From NCBI GenBank assembly GCA_902539295.1, contig CACBIM010000003.1, positions 62,905 to 126,904 on the forward strand: a stretch of 64,000 nucleotides of DNA, written 5' to 3'. Shown here one piece after another: positions 18,149-28,226 of this stretch. Position 1 is the stretch's first letter. Each line of letters begins with the position of its first letter. Source of the DNA: an uncultured SAR116 cluster alpha proteobacterium. Its GTDB lineage: Bacteria > Pseudomonadota > Alphaproteobacteria > Puniceispirillales > GCA-002684695. The notes beneath the pieces were generated by a model. The model did not search any database. It was not told the DNA's origin and saw only the letters and a program-made list of their open reading frames with translations. A program made the position numbers and the translations under genes.

Positions 18149-20926
18149 CTATCCGTGTGCATTAAAAGCATGTGAAATTAATACGCCAATTTCAAGGATT
18201 AAATCATTGCATTCTGATATTGGCTCTACAAAGTTTTTTTGGATTATTTTATAATTATCATTTGAATTTAAATTTTTTGGAGATTTTTCAAAGCTTGAAT
18301 TTTTTGCTCTTGGAAAAGCAAGTTTTATCTGATCAATAACATTAACTAAGTCCATTCTCAGAGCAGATGAAATCAAAATTTCTGGACTTAAATTATCTCT
18401 AGCTGAAAATGAAGGTATTTGTGAGGTTAGTAATAAAGTATGAGCCATTAAAGATATTCTAAGTGACTGTAATAAGTCTAATGAAGTTCTTTCATCATTT
18501 TCGGGATGCAAGTTTAATTCATTTGATACCATAGAATGAAAATCCAAAGCATCATCTCTCAACATCGTAACTAATCTTTTTACAGACTCTGAACGCTTAT
18601 CATTCTCTAATGATTTTGAGAGTTTTCTAAATGCATTACGCATTTTTTTCTCAGAATTACTATATGACCTCCCCACCCAATAAGATTGATCCAGTATAAG
18701 CGTATATGCTAGTGGAGTATTAAGTGAGCTAAGTTTCTTTGCTTCAAATCCTACTCTAAGTAGTTGTTGAAATCTTTTTGAATGTTTTTTTAAATACTCA
18801 AACTTTTCTATATCAACGTTGACTGCTGTTCCCAACCCACCAGCAATATGAGCTAAATAACCATACTGTTGTAGTATAGCATTATGAGAAATAGCTCTTA
18901 TTTGAGAAGGGTCTTTTCTTATATTTGAAAATTCTGTAGCTCTTTTATTTGTTCTCGAGCCTGATGGGACTATCAAATTGTTTGAAAATAAATCAAGTAA
19001 TTGCCAATAGTCAGGATCAATGTATAATTTTTCATGCCAGGTTTTTAAAGTTATAAAAAAATCAAGTGCAAAATCTGTCTCTCTGTAAAATGGATCATTT
19101 TTAAAATTTATAGGGATCAGCTCACTTACAAGAACTGATGCAATTGTTTCTTCTGCAAGAGATTTACTACCAAATCTTAAAAAACCATCTCCACCCTGAA
19201 AGCTAGTTTCGTGTTTAAATGAAAAGCCTTTATTAATAAACGAGTTTCTCGCAAAAGAAGAAAAAATATACTGATTTCTTTCTAGAACTCCGTCAGGGTG
19301 CCCTCCTCTTCCTAAACTTTCTCCATGAGTATTAAATATTACAACTTCAATTTTTTTATTAATTTTTTCTCTAAATACTTCAGATAATTTTACTTGCAAT
19401 CTTTCAACTGCCAAGGATGAAGTTATCTGCCCCATAAATCTTCCAGCATCTGAGAAACCAGTTTGTATACAAATTCGTTTTCTATTTTGAATATTTTGAA
19501 TAAATGGATTGCAATCAAGTACTTGTTCTAAAATTCTAGCTCCTCTCTCAATCGAGTTGGAGGTTTCAAATAGTGGACTGATATCTAAAGAGTTATTTAT
19601 CCCAAATTTTTTTGCGAAATATAATGCAGATAAGATCGTTGCTGGATGGTCGCATTCTGCAATGAGAAGCCTTATTGGAACTGATTTATCAATATACTTT
19701 AGTATTAAGCTAGCCAACATTAGTTGTCTTTTAGCTGTTGTAGGTTCTTTATCAATGTCTTGGAAACTTATTTTCTGAGACTGAACATTTTCGATTAATT
19801 TTGACAGTCTATTTAAATCTGTTCTAACTGAAGCACTTGCAATACTTATATCCATTATACCTTTTAATGCATTGTGCAATTGAAGAGCATTGAACCTTAA
19901 ATGGATTTCACCAATTCCGAAACCCTTATTATAAATTTCAGATACAATAACTAATAATTCATTTGAAAGATTTTTATTTTTTGAAAATTTAGCAAGCTTT
20001 AATAATGATAGAGCAAAGAATTTAGAATTAAAAGATTGATCTTTGATTTTTTCAAAGTTTTCTTCAAAATCACTAAGTTTATTAAGATCATTACTTTTAA
20101 TTAAAGTAATAAATTCAAATGTATTTAATTTTAAAAGCTCTATTTTTTTTAAAATTAAATTTAATTCATTATAAATTTTTTCATATTTATATTTGAATAA
20201 GTTTTTGATTTGAATTTCAAATCTTTCTAACATTAAAGACTTTTCTTTTAGACGAAAATAAAAAGAATCTATCCAATTAATATCCGCTCTTCCATCAAGG
20301 TCGTATCCAACCCATGAAGCACAATTAATTATACTAGGAACAAAGTTTCTAAATTCAGCAGGCCATTTTTTTTGACCTAGATTTATAACTTCTTTATTTA
20401 CATCATTAACTGCATTCCAGAAGTTATCTATGGCATTAATAACTAAATTATGTTCATCAATTAATTTTATTTTGCTTATGCTTCTTTGCTTAATACTTGG
20501 AAATTGTTTTTTTTGTTTAATTAACTGACCTGCAATAACAATATTATTCCATGCGTCGTCATTAAGATTAAAAGTGGGATGCGCTGTAAAAACTGATCCA
20601 ATTTTGTTTGAAGACCAAAACTTTTTATAAGCCCTAAAATTTTGTAGATTATTTTCTTTAGTAATTTTGCTGATAACTTTTTTTATTTTAAAACTATTAT
20701 TATTATTTAAATTAGAAGCTCTCTGTAAAATTAATTCTTGAGATAAATGTTCTACAATAGAGTTGATTTTGGGTAAATTAATTTCATTTTTAACAAATTT
20801 CCTTGATAAAAGATGAGCAAGGCTTGAAACAGGATTTATTGATGGATCTTCATATGATAATTTACGTTTTTCTTTAAGAAAAGTTTTTAATTCTTTAATT
20901 AAAGAGGTAGTAGATTTGTTATTCAT
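18149..20926 (-). CDS. ppc: Phosphoenolpyruvate carboxylase, divergent alphaproteobacterial type
   Basis: VFTAHPT, SWVGYDLDGR, PLFET, GFSDAGR, GESLGRGG and RAI motifs; 925 aa. Confidence 0.85.
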   Translation of the reverse strand: MNNKSTTSLIKELKTFLKEKRKLSYEDPSINPVSSLAHLLSRKFVKNEINLPKINSIVEHLSQELILQRASNLNNNNSFKIKKVISKITKENNLQNFRAYKKFWSSNKIGSVFTAHPTFNLNDDAWNNIVIAGQLIKQKKQFPSIKQRSISKIKLIDEHNLVINAIDNFWNAVNDVNKEVINLGQKKWPAEFRNFVPSIINCASWVGYDLDGRADINWIDSFYFRLKEKSLMLERFEIQIKNLFKYKYEKIYNELNLILKKIELLKLNTFEFITLIKSNDLNKLSDFEENFEKIKDQSFNSKFFALSLLKLAKFSKNKNLSNELLVIVSEIYNKGFGIGEIHLRFNALQLHNALKGIMDISIASASVRTDLNRLSKLIENVQSQKISFQDIDKEPTTAKRQLMLASLILKYIDKSVPIRLLIAECDHPATILSALYFAKKFGINNSLDISPLFETSNSIERGARILEQVLDCNPFIQNIQNRKRICIQTGFSDAGRFMGQITSSLAVERLQVKLSEVFREKINKKIEVVIFNTHGESLGRGGHPDGVLERNQYIFSSFARNSFINKGFSFKHETSFQGGDGFLRFGSKSLAEETIASVLVSELIPINFKNDPFYRETDFALDFFITLKTWHEKLYIDPDYWQLLDLFSNNLIVPSGSRTNKRATEFSNIRKDPSQIRAISHNAILQQYGYLAHIAGGLGTAVNVDIEKFEYLKKHSKRFQQLLRVGFEAKKLSSLNTPLAYTLILDQSYWVGRSYSNSEKKMRNAFRKLSKSLENDKRSESVKRLVTMLRDDALDFHSMVSNELNLHPENDERTSLDLLQSLRISLMAHTLLLTSQIPSFSARDNLSPEILISSALRMDLVNVIDQIKLAFPRAKNSSFEKSPKNLNSNDNYKIIQKNFVEPISECNDLILEIGVLISHAFNAHG

Positions 20927-21041
20927 AAATTATATTTTAGTATTAGGATTAAAATTTATAATATAAGATATTTAAATATTTTAAGTAAATATATTTTAAT
21001 ATTATAAATTTTATAAGTTTGATTATTTGAATTAAATAGAC

Positions 21042-21656
21042 TTATTTTCTCTCCTCTTCATTTACCGGACACTTACCCTCACACTTTATTAAAATATCAT
21101 TTTCAAAAATCTGAATTTTGAAAAGTTTACCCTCTTCACTAAAATATTCCCACATTCCATCTTTTTTGCCTTCAACAAAGTTCCCCATTGAAAATAATCT
21201 TCCGTTTAAATGAAAAGTTTGCCATCTTCCATTTAAATTCCCCTCATCATAATTTCCAATATATAAAAAATCACCCTCGTTATTAAATTCCTGCCAATTT
21301 CCATCTTCAAGACCTTTTACATAATTTCCTAAAGCTTTAATCTTTCCATCCTCAAAATAAATTTCAAATGGACCTTCCTTAAAACCATTTTTGTAATTGA
21401 TTGTTGATTTTACAGTTCCGTTTTGATGGAATTCTTTCCATTCAAATTCTCTCAATCCATCTATATATTCACCTTTCTCTTTAGTTTCACCAGTCTCATA
21501 TTTTGAGATAACAATTCCTGTTACTGGCTCATCACTCTCTTGATAAAAGGCAAGATTACCTCTGTAAATTAGTTTTTCTTCTAATATAGTTTGTCCCAAA
21601 GAAACATTGGAAAGAAAACATAAACTTAATATGTATAAAATATAACGGTTTTTCAC
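21042..21656 (-). CDS. Exported MORN-variant repeat protein (YwqK-like)
   Basis: Signal peptide then repeated G-x-W-x-x-F/Y-x-x-NG-x5-G-x-Y units; GTG start. Confidence 0.85.
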   Translation of the reverse strand: MKNRYILYILSLCFLSNVSLGQTILEEKLIYRGNLAFYQESDEPVTGIVISKYETGETKEKGEYIDGLREFEWKEFHQNGTVKSTINYKNGFKEGPFEIYFEDGKIKALGNYVKGLEDGNWQEFNNEGDFLYIGNYDEGNLNGRWQTFHLNGRLFSMGNFVEGKKDGMWEYFSEEGKLFKIQIFENDILIKCEGKCPVNEEERK

Positions 21657-21765
21657 TTTATCGTTTAGCTAATAATCTAAATTAGGTTAATATAAGTCAA
21701 GTTTATGATTTGCAAAAGATATGCCTATACTTATTTTATCTATAATTAAATAAATAGAGACTTTT

Positions 21766-22719
21766 TTGAATATGCACAAAATAATTCTAGATTGTGATCC
21801 AGGTCATGATGATGCTATTGCAATTTTATTAGCATTATCTTCACCAAAAGAAATTGAATGCTTAGGAATTACTGTATGTGCTGGGAATGTCCCTATAGAA
21901 CTAACAGCTAAGAATGCTCTGAGAGTTTTATCCTTAATAGAAAATAGAATTGTGCCAGTATTTAAAGGTTGTCCTAAGCCTCTTGTGACAAAGTTAGTAA
22001 CAGCTGAGCATGTTCATGGAGAAAGTGGTTTAGATACTGGTTCAGGTGTTTCATTGCCTGAACCGATAAGTAATTGCGAGAAGCAACATGCTGTGGAATT
22101 TATCTTAGAAACTTTAAGTAAACATTCTTCAAATGAAATAACTTTAGTTGCAACCGGACCTCTAACTAACTTAGCTGCGGCTTATACATTAGATCCGAAA
22201 ACATTTAAAAAAGCTAAAAATATTATTTTAATGGGCGGAGCAGGATTTGAGCCTGGAAATATTACCCCTGCTGCAGAGTTTAATATTTTTGTTGATCCTT
22301 TTGCAGCAAAGTCAATCTTTGAAAGTGAGATTGAAATTTTTATGTTTGGGCTGGATGTTACACATCAAATGATCATTACACCAAAAAGACTAGGTTTAAT
22401 CGAAAAGAGCTCTAATTCGATAGGTCCAACAACAGCTGACTTGCTTACATTCTTTAATTCTTATGACACTAAAAAATATGGTTGGAATGGCGCTCCACTT
22501 CATGACCCATGCACTATAGCATGGTTAATAAAGCCAGAAATCTTTCAGATGAAGAAAATGTCAGTAGAGATTGAAACTAATAGTGGACCAGCTTTCGGAA
22601 GAACTATTGCAGACTGGTTCAATGTAACTGATAAAAATAAAAATGTTAATGTAGCCATTTCTGGAAAATCAGATCAATTTTTTGATTTGATAGCAGAGCG
22701 ACTTAGCCGCTTTAGCTAA
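21766..22719 (+). CDS. Inosine/uridine-preferring nucleoside hydrolase (RihA-like)
   Basis: DCDPGHDDA, HGESGL, TGPLTN, AEFNIFVDP and LHDP motifs; start may be ATG 21772. Confidence 0.94.
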   Translation: MNMHKIILDCDPGHDDAIAILLALSSPKEIECLGITVCAGNVPIELTAKNALRVLSLIENRIVPVFKGCPKPLVTKLVTAEHVHGESGLDTGSGVSLPEPISNCEKQHAVEFILETLSKHSSNEITLVATGPLTNLAAAYTLDPKTFKKAKNIILMGGAGFEPGNITPAAEFNIFVDPFAAKSIFESEIEIFMFGLDVTHQMIITPKRLGLIEKSSNSIGPTTADLLTFFNSYDTKKYGWNGAPLHDPCTIAWLIKPEIFQMKKMSVEIETNSGPAFGRTIADWFNVTDKNKNVNVAISGKSDQFFDLIAERLSRFS

Positions 22720-23348
22720 TGAAAGTAAATAATAGCAAATTAATTGATAAAACAATTACAGCTTATAAGGAGCAAAATAAAAAATTTGGATTTTCTCCAA
22801 AAGGTGTTTTTTGGCAAAATGATAATACACAGATTGCCAGATTTAATTCACTCATAAATGGTATTCTAACCCCAGATTTAGATGGTGGTATATCTATTTC
22901 TGATTTTGGTTGTGGGTATGGTGCTTTTTATAGCTACATAAAAAATAAAAAATTTATGAATAATAGTTCATTCATAGGTTATGATATTGTGGATGATTTT
23001 ATCTTTGAAGCAAAAAAAAATTATCCCAATGCCGAATGGAAGTGTTCAGGCAAACTAGCTAGAGAAACAGATTATTTATTTATTTCTGGTACTCTTAATA
23101 TGGCATTTAATTTCTCAATAAATGAATGGCAAAGATATTTGGAAAGTCAGATTGAAGAATGCTTCATTCATGTCAGAAAAGTATTAGCATTCAATTTATT
23201 GTTTGCGAAAAAAAGGAAAATTGAAAAAGGATTATTTTATTCAGAAATAGATAGAGTATTTGATTTTTGTGATAAAAATTTAGGTAATACAGTTATTATA
23301 AAAACACCTGGAACAGAGAAAGATATAACTGTTTTTGTTACGAAATAA
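22719..23348 (+). CDS. Class I SAM-dependent methyltransferase
   Basis: DFGCGYG motif I, GYDI motif II, SGTLN; overlaps the upstream stop (TAATG). Confidence 0.82.
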   Translation: MKVNNSKLIDKTITAYKEQNKKFGFSPKGVFWQNDNTQIARFNSLINGILTPDLDGGISISDFGCGYGAFYSYIKNKKFMNNSSFIGYDIVDDFIFEAKKNYPNAEWKCSGKLARETDYLFISGTLNMAFNFSINEWQRYLESQIEECFIHVRKVLAFNLLFAKKRKIEKGLFYSEIDRVFDFCDKNLGNTVIIKTPGTEKDITVFVTK

Positions 23349-23349
23349 T

Positions 23350-23577
23350 TTATTCAACCCAAGTACTATTTCTTTTTTTAAAAGTAGGATCGTCATTCAT
23401 TATTGACTGAAAAACTTCTGCTACTTTAGAATGTGCCTCCCTACTTTTCTTTAAAAATGCATCTAATGGTATAACGATATCACCGTCGTTTCTAATGTAG
23501 GGTACATCGTAATCCTTGTATCTTTTTAAAAGACGAAGTAAATCAGCTATTAATTCCTTTTCTTTATCTCTATTCAT
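23350..23577 (-). CDS. Hypothetical protein (75 aa)
   Basis: ATG with purine-rich RBS; co-oriented in a tight operon. Confidence 0.65.
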   Translation of the reverse strand: MNRDKEKELIADLLRLLKRYKDYDVPYIRNDGDIVIPLDAFLKKSREAHSKVAEVFQSIMNDDPTFKKRNSTWVE

Positions 23578-23595
23578 TTAATACCCCTGCGAAGA

Positions 23596-23793
23596 TCAAA
23601 TTTCTTTATCAATGAATGTAAACTCTAAACCGTGAAGATTTCCAACATACAAATTATTGTTTTTCAATTTCAACTTAATTATTGCATTTTGTACTGCAAC
23701 ATCTAAGCCACCTCGGTATAACCTTATTACCTTTCCTTTCACATCTTTTTCAGTATCTGTACAATGAATTAAAATTTCTTGATCTATTCTCAT
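23596..23793 (-). CDS. Small hypothetical beta-rich protein (65 aa)
   Basis: Fills the gap in the operon; CTD...YVGN-GLEF pattern. Confidence 0.7.
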   Translation of the reverse strand: MRIDQEILIHCTDTEKDVKGKVIRLYRGGLDVAVQNAIIKLKLKNNNLYVGNLHGLEFTFIDKEI

Positions 23794-23804
23794 TTAAAAA
23801 TATT

Positions 23805-24206
23805 TCACCCTTCGTTTATAGCATGCTTTTTTAAGTCTTCTAAACTGCAAATATTAAGTGTTATTATATTGGTTGAAGAAAGTTTTACTTTTGGTGCTTT
23901 GCCCGCTTCAAGAGCTTGTTGCCACCTTTTTGCACATAAGCACCATAGGTCGCCTGGATTTAATCCTTGAAATTCAAACTCCGGTCTTGGTGTTGACAAG
24001 TCATTACCAACAGATTTCGAGTACTCTAAAAACTCAACAGTCATTTCGGAACAAACGGTATGTAATCCATAATCATTATAGTCAGTTTCGCAGCATCCAT
24101 TTCTGTAAAACCCAGTTACTGGGTTCATAGAACAAGTTTGAAGAACTCCACCTAAAACGTTTTTTTGAGATTTTTGTGGATTATTATTTGAAAATCCATC
24201 GGGCAT
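23805..24206 (-). CDS. DUF2237 family protein
   Basis: NVLGG-L--CS--P-TGFYR-GCC, GNDLSTP, PGD-WCLCA-RW. Confidence 0.92.
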   Translation of the reverse strand: MPDGFSNNNPQKSQKNVLGGVLQTCSMNPVTGFYRNGCCETDYNDYGLHTVCSEMTVEFLEYSKSVGNDLSTPRPEFEFQGLNPGDLWCLCAKRWQQALEAGKAPKVKLSSTNIITLNICSLEDLKKHAINEG

Positions 24207-24227
24207 TTTATAACCTTTCTATACTAT

Positions 24228-24926
24228 TTAATCTAATAAACTTTTTGACTCTTTTTCAATCATATTTTGTAATTTTGACATAAACTTTTTCTTTTCCATA
24301 CCAGGTAATATTTCTGAAAGAATTGATACTTTAATAATTCCAGGACCACAAATTTTAAAATTATACCAAAATTTCCCTGAATTTAGAGCAATCGGTACTA
24401 CAGGAATTTTTAAATGATTATATAATGCAAATATTCCTGGAAGATATGTTTTTTGAACTCCGGGCTTAACTCTGGTACCTTGAGGATATATAATAATATT
24501 GTCACCCCTATCTATAGCATATTTTGAACTAGATAATAACCTCCTAATTGATTGAACTTGCTTCCCTCTATCTAAAGGAATTGCGCCTGCATGCTTGAAT
24601 AACCAACCTATAAATGGAATAGAGATTAATTCTTTTTTCATAACTATTGAAATAGGACCAGGTAATAAATTTGCTAGCACAATAGTTTCCCATATTGATT
24701 GATGTTGTATAGCATAAATCACTTGATTTTTTGGTAATTCCCCATTTATTTGATAATCAATTTTAAAAAAAACATGCAAAATTAAATTAACAAAGTATGC
24801 CCATAGTCCTAATGGTAATTTAAGAAATTTTCTTGGGAAAAATAAAAGAGGAAGAGATATAATTGCAAAAACAGTTGTAAAGAAATAAAACGTAATGAAA
24901 AATAATATTTTTAATAAAAAATTCAT
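24228..24926 (-). CDS. plsC: 1-acyl-sn-glycerol-3-phosphate acyltransferase
   Basis: HQS-WE, KKEL--IP--G, YPQGTR and VPIALNSG motifs. Confidence 0.85.
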   Translation of the reverse strand: MNFLLKILFFITFYFFTTVFAIISLPLLFFPRKFLKLPLGLWAYFVNLILHVFFKIDYQINGELPKNQVIYAIQHQSIWETIVLANLLPGPISIVMKKELISIPFIGWLFKHAGAIPLDRGKQVQSIRRLLSSSKYAIDRGDNIIIYPQGTRVKPGVQKTYLPGIFALYNHLKIPVVPIALNSGKFWYNFKICGPGIIKVSILSEILPGMEKKKFMSKLQNMIEKESKSLLD

Positions 24927-24956
24927 TAATGAATTGATACTTTATGGAAAATAAAA

Positions 24957-25313
24957 ATGGAAGATATATCTATAAATTTTGAAACAAGAGTATCATCATA
25001 TCTTAATTTTTTAATTTCTGTAAAAGAAACTCGGACATACTCAGAAATAGCTGATAAGTGTGATATAAAACCACCAGGAAAAATAAGAAAAATAAGTCGA
25101 ATACTTTTAAAAATAACTGAGAATGATATAATTGATAAAAAGCCAATACGCTCAGCTGTAATTGTAAGTAAAATCAACAAAATGAATGGTAACAATATAC
25201 CCCATGAAGATTTCTTTTTATTTTTGCATAAAAATAAAATTTACAATGGAGAAAAAAATATAAAATCATATACTCAGTTTCATAAGAAACTAATTAGAGA
25301 GTTATTCAGCTAA
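24957..25313 (+). CDS. Hypothetical protein, possible winged-helix DNA-binding fold
   Basis: TY-EIA----IKPP--I...D-----PI-SA-IVS pattern. Confidence 0.65.
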   Translation: MEDISINFETRVSSYLNFLISVKETRTYSEIADKCDIKPPGKIRKISRILLKITENDIIDKKPIRSAVIVSKINKMNGNNIPHEDFFLFLHKNKIYNGEKNIKSYTQFHKKLIRELFS

Positions 25314-25558
25314 ATTTCATTTTTTTGTATAAAACAATTTAGATTTTTATTTTTTTTAATTACTTGTAATAAAATGTTCCCTGAAACTTCACAGAAGTGC
25401 TTCAAGTCAAGATTTGCAGCTGGATCATCTGCTATAATTTCAATTACCTCACCATTACTATGATTTTTTAAAGCCCTTTTAGTTTTTAAAACTGGAAGTG
25501 GACATTTAAGGCCTGTGAAATCATATATATGGGTTGGCTTTGTTTCTTTTTCTGTCAT
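25310..25558 (-). CDS. tusA: TusA/SirA-family sulfur carrier protein
   Basis: D-TGLKCPLPVLK, ADDP, D--HFC. Confidence 0.88.
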   Translation of the reverse strand: MTEKETKPTHIYDFTGLKCPLPVLKTKRALKNHSNGEVIEIIADDPAANLDLKHFCEVSGNILLQVIKKNKNLNCFIQKNEI

Positions 25559-26934
25559 ACAAAAAGTTTCCCAGGGTTCAACAGTCCTTTAGGATCAAAG
25601 GCATGTTTAATACCTTTCATAAGTTTAATAGAGGAACCAACTTCTTTAGCAAGAAACTCCGCTTTGCCATATCCTATGCCATGCTCACCAGTGCAAGTTC
25701 CTCCCAAATCTATTGCTTTTTCTACCATCCATTTATTATGAGACTTAGCTTTTTTAAATTGTTCTTGATCACCAGGCTCGATAAGATAAAGTAAGTGGAA
25801 GTTTCCATCCCCTACATGTCCTACAAGTGGAGCCTGTAAATTCATCTCTTTTAATTTTTCTTTTGATTCTATTATACAATCAGAAAGTGAAGTTATGGGA
25901 ACGCAAACATCAGATGACCAAGCCTCACATCCTGGCTTAAGAGCCAAAGCTGCATAATAAGCATTATGTCTTGCCTCCCAAAGTCTATTTCGTTCTTCGG
26001 GTAGATTTTTCCAGATAAAGTTTGCCCCACCATATTCTCTAGTAATTTCCTGGATTGTTTTTGTTTGTTCGGAGATTTCATTTTCTGTGCCATGAAATTC
26101 AAAGAACAGAGTGGGTTTGGGGCTAAACTCATTTAACTTTGAATAATTAATACAAGCCTCCATTTGCACTTCATCCAACAACTCAATTCTAGCTAATGGA
26201 ACTCCGCTTAAAAGAGATTCAATTACTGAATTAACTGAGTCTTCCAGATTATCAAATTGACAAACTGCAGCAGAAATATTAGCTGGATTACCATACAATT
26301 TTAATGTTATTTCCGTAATAATACCCAATGTTCCCTCAGATCCTACAAAAATTCTGGTAAGATCATAACCTGCTGAACTTTTTCTTGCTCTACCCCCAGT
26401 GTTAATAATCTCACCATTTGCCATCACCACCTTCAAACCCATTACATTATTTCTCATGGTTCCATATCTAACTGCATTAGTTCCACTTGCAGAAGTAGCT
26501 GCCATACCTCCTATTGTTGCATCTGCTCCAGGATCTACTGAGAAGAATAATCCTGTGTCTTTTAATTGTAAGCCTAATTCTTTTCTTGTAACACCTGCTT
26601 CAACCGTACAATCCATATCAAGTTGATTAATTTCCAAAATTTTTTTCATTTCTGAAAAGTCTATGCTAATTCCTCCTTTGAGTGCACCAATACCTCCTTC
26701 TAACGAAGTTCCAACACCAAAGGGAATGATTGGAATAGAATAGTCTGAGCAGGTTAGAACTATATCTCTAACTTCATTTGTACTTTGAGGGAATACAACT
26801 CCATCTGGTGGAGCTAATGGATAATAGGCTTCATCTTTGCCATGGCGTTCTAAAATGGTTTTATTAGTTGTAAATCTTTTACCAAACTTTTGTTTTAATT
26901 TTGCTTTAACTTTTTCTAAATTATCGTTTTTCAA
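25555..26934 (-). CDS. FAD-linked oxidase, D-lactate dehydrogenase (cytochrome)/GlcD family
   Basis: PFGVGTSLEG, DPGADATIGGM, SSAGYDLT, GSEGTLG, GHVGDGNFH, GEHGIG; TTG start. Confidence 0.92.
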   Translation of the reverse strand: MKNDNLEKVKAKLKQKFGKRFTTNKTILERHGKDEAYYPLAPPDGVVFPQSTNEVRDIVLTCSDYSIPIIPFGVGTSLEGGIGALKGGISIDFSEMKKILEINQLDMDCTVEAGVTRKELGLQLKDTGLFFSVDPGADATIGGMAATSASGTNAVRYGTMRNNVMGLKVVMANGEIINTGGRARKSSAGYDLTRIFVGSEGTLGIITEITLKLYGNPANISAAVCQFDNLEDSVNSVIESLLSGVPLARIELLDEVQMEACINYSKLNEFSPKPTLFFEFHGTENEISEQTKTIQEITREYGGANFIWKNLPEERNRLWEARHNAYYAALALKPGCEAWSSDVCVPITSLSDCIIESKEKLKEMNLQAPLVGHVGDGNFHLLYLIEPGDQEQFKKAKSHNKWMVEKAIDLGGTCTGEHGIGYGKAEFLAKEVGSSIKLMKGIKHAFDPKGLLNPGKLFV

Positions 26935-27044
26935 TTTTAGAATCTATTCTTTTATGAGTATTATAATTTGATTACTTTATATAAAATATATTATTGATAA
27001 TAATGTGTTTTAGTTTTTTTTTCAAAAAAATAGTTAAATTTTAA

Positions 27045-27767
27045 ATGAATATTTGGGGCAAACTAATTGGTGGTGCAACTGGTTTTGCAATTGGAGGTCC
27101 AATTGGTGGCCTATTAGGCACACTAGCAGGTCATGCAATCGATTCAAAAATAAATCCAAAATATATCAATGTTAAAAATAATTATGAAAGCATTGTTTTT
27201 ACTGCAGGTGTAATTGCGCTTTCAGCTAAGATGGCAAAGGCCGATGGACAAGTTACAAAAGAAGAAATACTTACATTTAGAAAGTTTGTCCAAATACCAA
27301 AGGAAAATATTGATGAAGTTAGTAAGTTATGGGAATTGGCCAAAGAAACAACAGAAGGCTATGAACTTTATGCAAGACAAATTTATAATTCTTTTAAAAA
27401 CGAAAGTGAAATATTAGTTAAAATCTTAGACTTATTATTTGAAATTGCAAAGTCAGATGGAATCATTAAATCAGAAGAATTAAATTACCTTCAGATGGTA
27501 TCAAAGATATTTAATTTAGATGAAAGGACTTTTAGGCAACTTTTCGCTCAACATAAATCAGAAGGAAACCCGTATGACATACTTGGAGTCAAATCAACAG
27601 ATGATTTTGAAGAAATTCAAAGAGCATGGAAGCAAATGGTCAAAAATAATCATCCTGACAAATTAATTGGTAAAGGCATGCCAATTGAATTTATTAATAC
27701 AGCAAATCACAGATTAGCTACCATTAATTCTGCATTTGAAGAAATTAAAAATTTAAATAAACTTTAA
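27045..27767 (+). CDS. djlA: Co-chaperone DjlA (TM, TerB-like and J domains)
   Basis: WGK-IG---GF--GGP-G, AKMAKADG, C-terminal J domain with HPDK. Confidence 0.9.
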   Translation: MNIWGKLIGGATGFAIGGPIGGLLGTLAGHAIDSKINPKYINVKNNYESIVFTAGVIALSAKMAKADGQVTKEEILTFRKFVQIPKENIDEVSKLWELAKETTEGYELYARQIYNSFKNESEILVKILDLLFEIAKSDGIIKSEELNYLQMVSKIFNLDERTFRQLFAQHKSEGNPYDILGVKSTDDFEEIQRAWKQMVKNNHPDKLIGKGMPIEFINTANHRLATINSAFEEIKNLNKL

Positions 27768-27832
27768 ATTAATAATTTTAGAGTAAGATTTACCAAAATT
27801 GACAATTCAATTAAAATATTGTCATGTATAAA

Positions 27833-28194
27833 AGGCAGATTATCGGATAGTCGCTGTAAATACAGAGGAAAGTCCGGGCTCCACAAGACAATGATGCCGG
27901 GTAATTCCCGGCTAGGATTAAATCCTAAGGGAAAGTGCAACAGAAAATATACCGCCATAATTGGTAAGGTTGAAATGGTGAGGTAAGAGCTCACCGCAAA
28001 TATGGCAACATATTTGGCAGTGTAAACCCCATCAGGAGCAAGACCATATAGAGGTGAATGTAATTTATTACAAACTAGTCTTGGTTTATCACCTGGGTAG
28101 GTTGCTTGAGATCATTAGCAATAATGATTCTAGATGAATGGCTATCATTAATAATTACTATTAATACAGAACCCGGCTTATAGATAATCTGCTT
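27833..28194 (+). ncRNA. rnpB: RNase P RNA (bacterial type A)
   Basis: GAGGAAAGTCCGGGCTCC, AGTGCAACAGAAA, GGTAAGAGC, TAAACCCC...GGAGCAAG and ACAGAACCCGGCTTA; P1 GGCAGATTATC pairs with GATAATCTGCT. Confidence 0.97.
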
Positions 28195-28211
28195 CAAAAT
28201 CAATCAATAAA

Positions 28212-28226
28212 GAACAAAAATAGAAC
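28212..28226. promoter_or_regulatory. Alphaproteobacterial LexA (SOS) box
   Basis: GAAC-AAAAATA-GAAC, an exact GAAC-N7-GAAC match with AGAACA half-sites. Confidence 0.65.

Noticed and set aside
21042-21656. MORN/YwqK protein as the antitoxin of a toxin-antitoxin system
   Set aside because: It has a signal peptide and no adjacent toxin gene; such repeat proteins are common stand-alone exported proteins.
24926-25195. 89-aa minus-strand ORF upstream of plsC
   Set aside because: Lies antisense to the more plausible + strand gene 24957-25313 and has no recognisable motif.
27764-27994. 76-aa minus-strand ORF
   Set aside because: Antisense shadow of the RNase P RNA gene.
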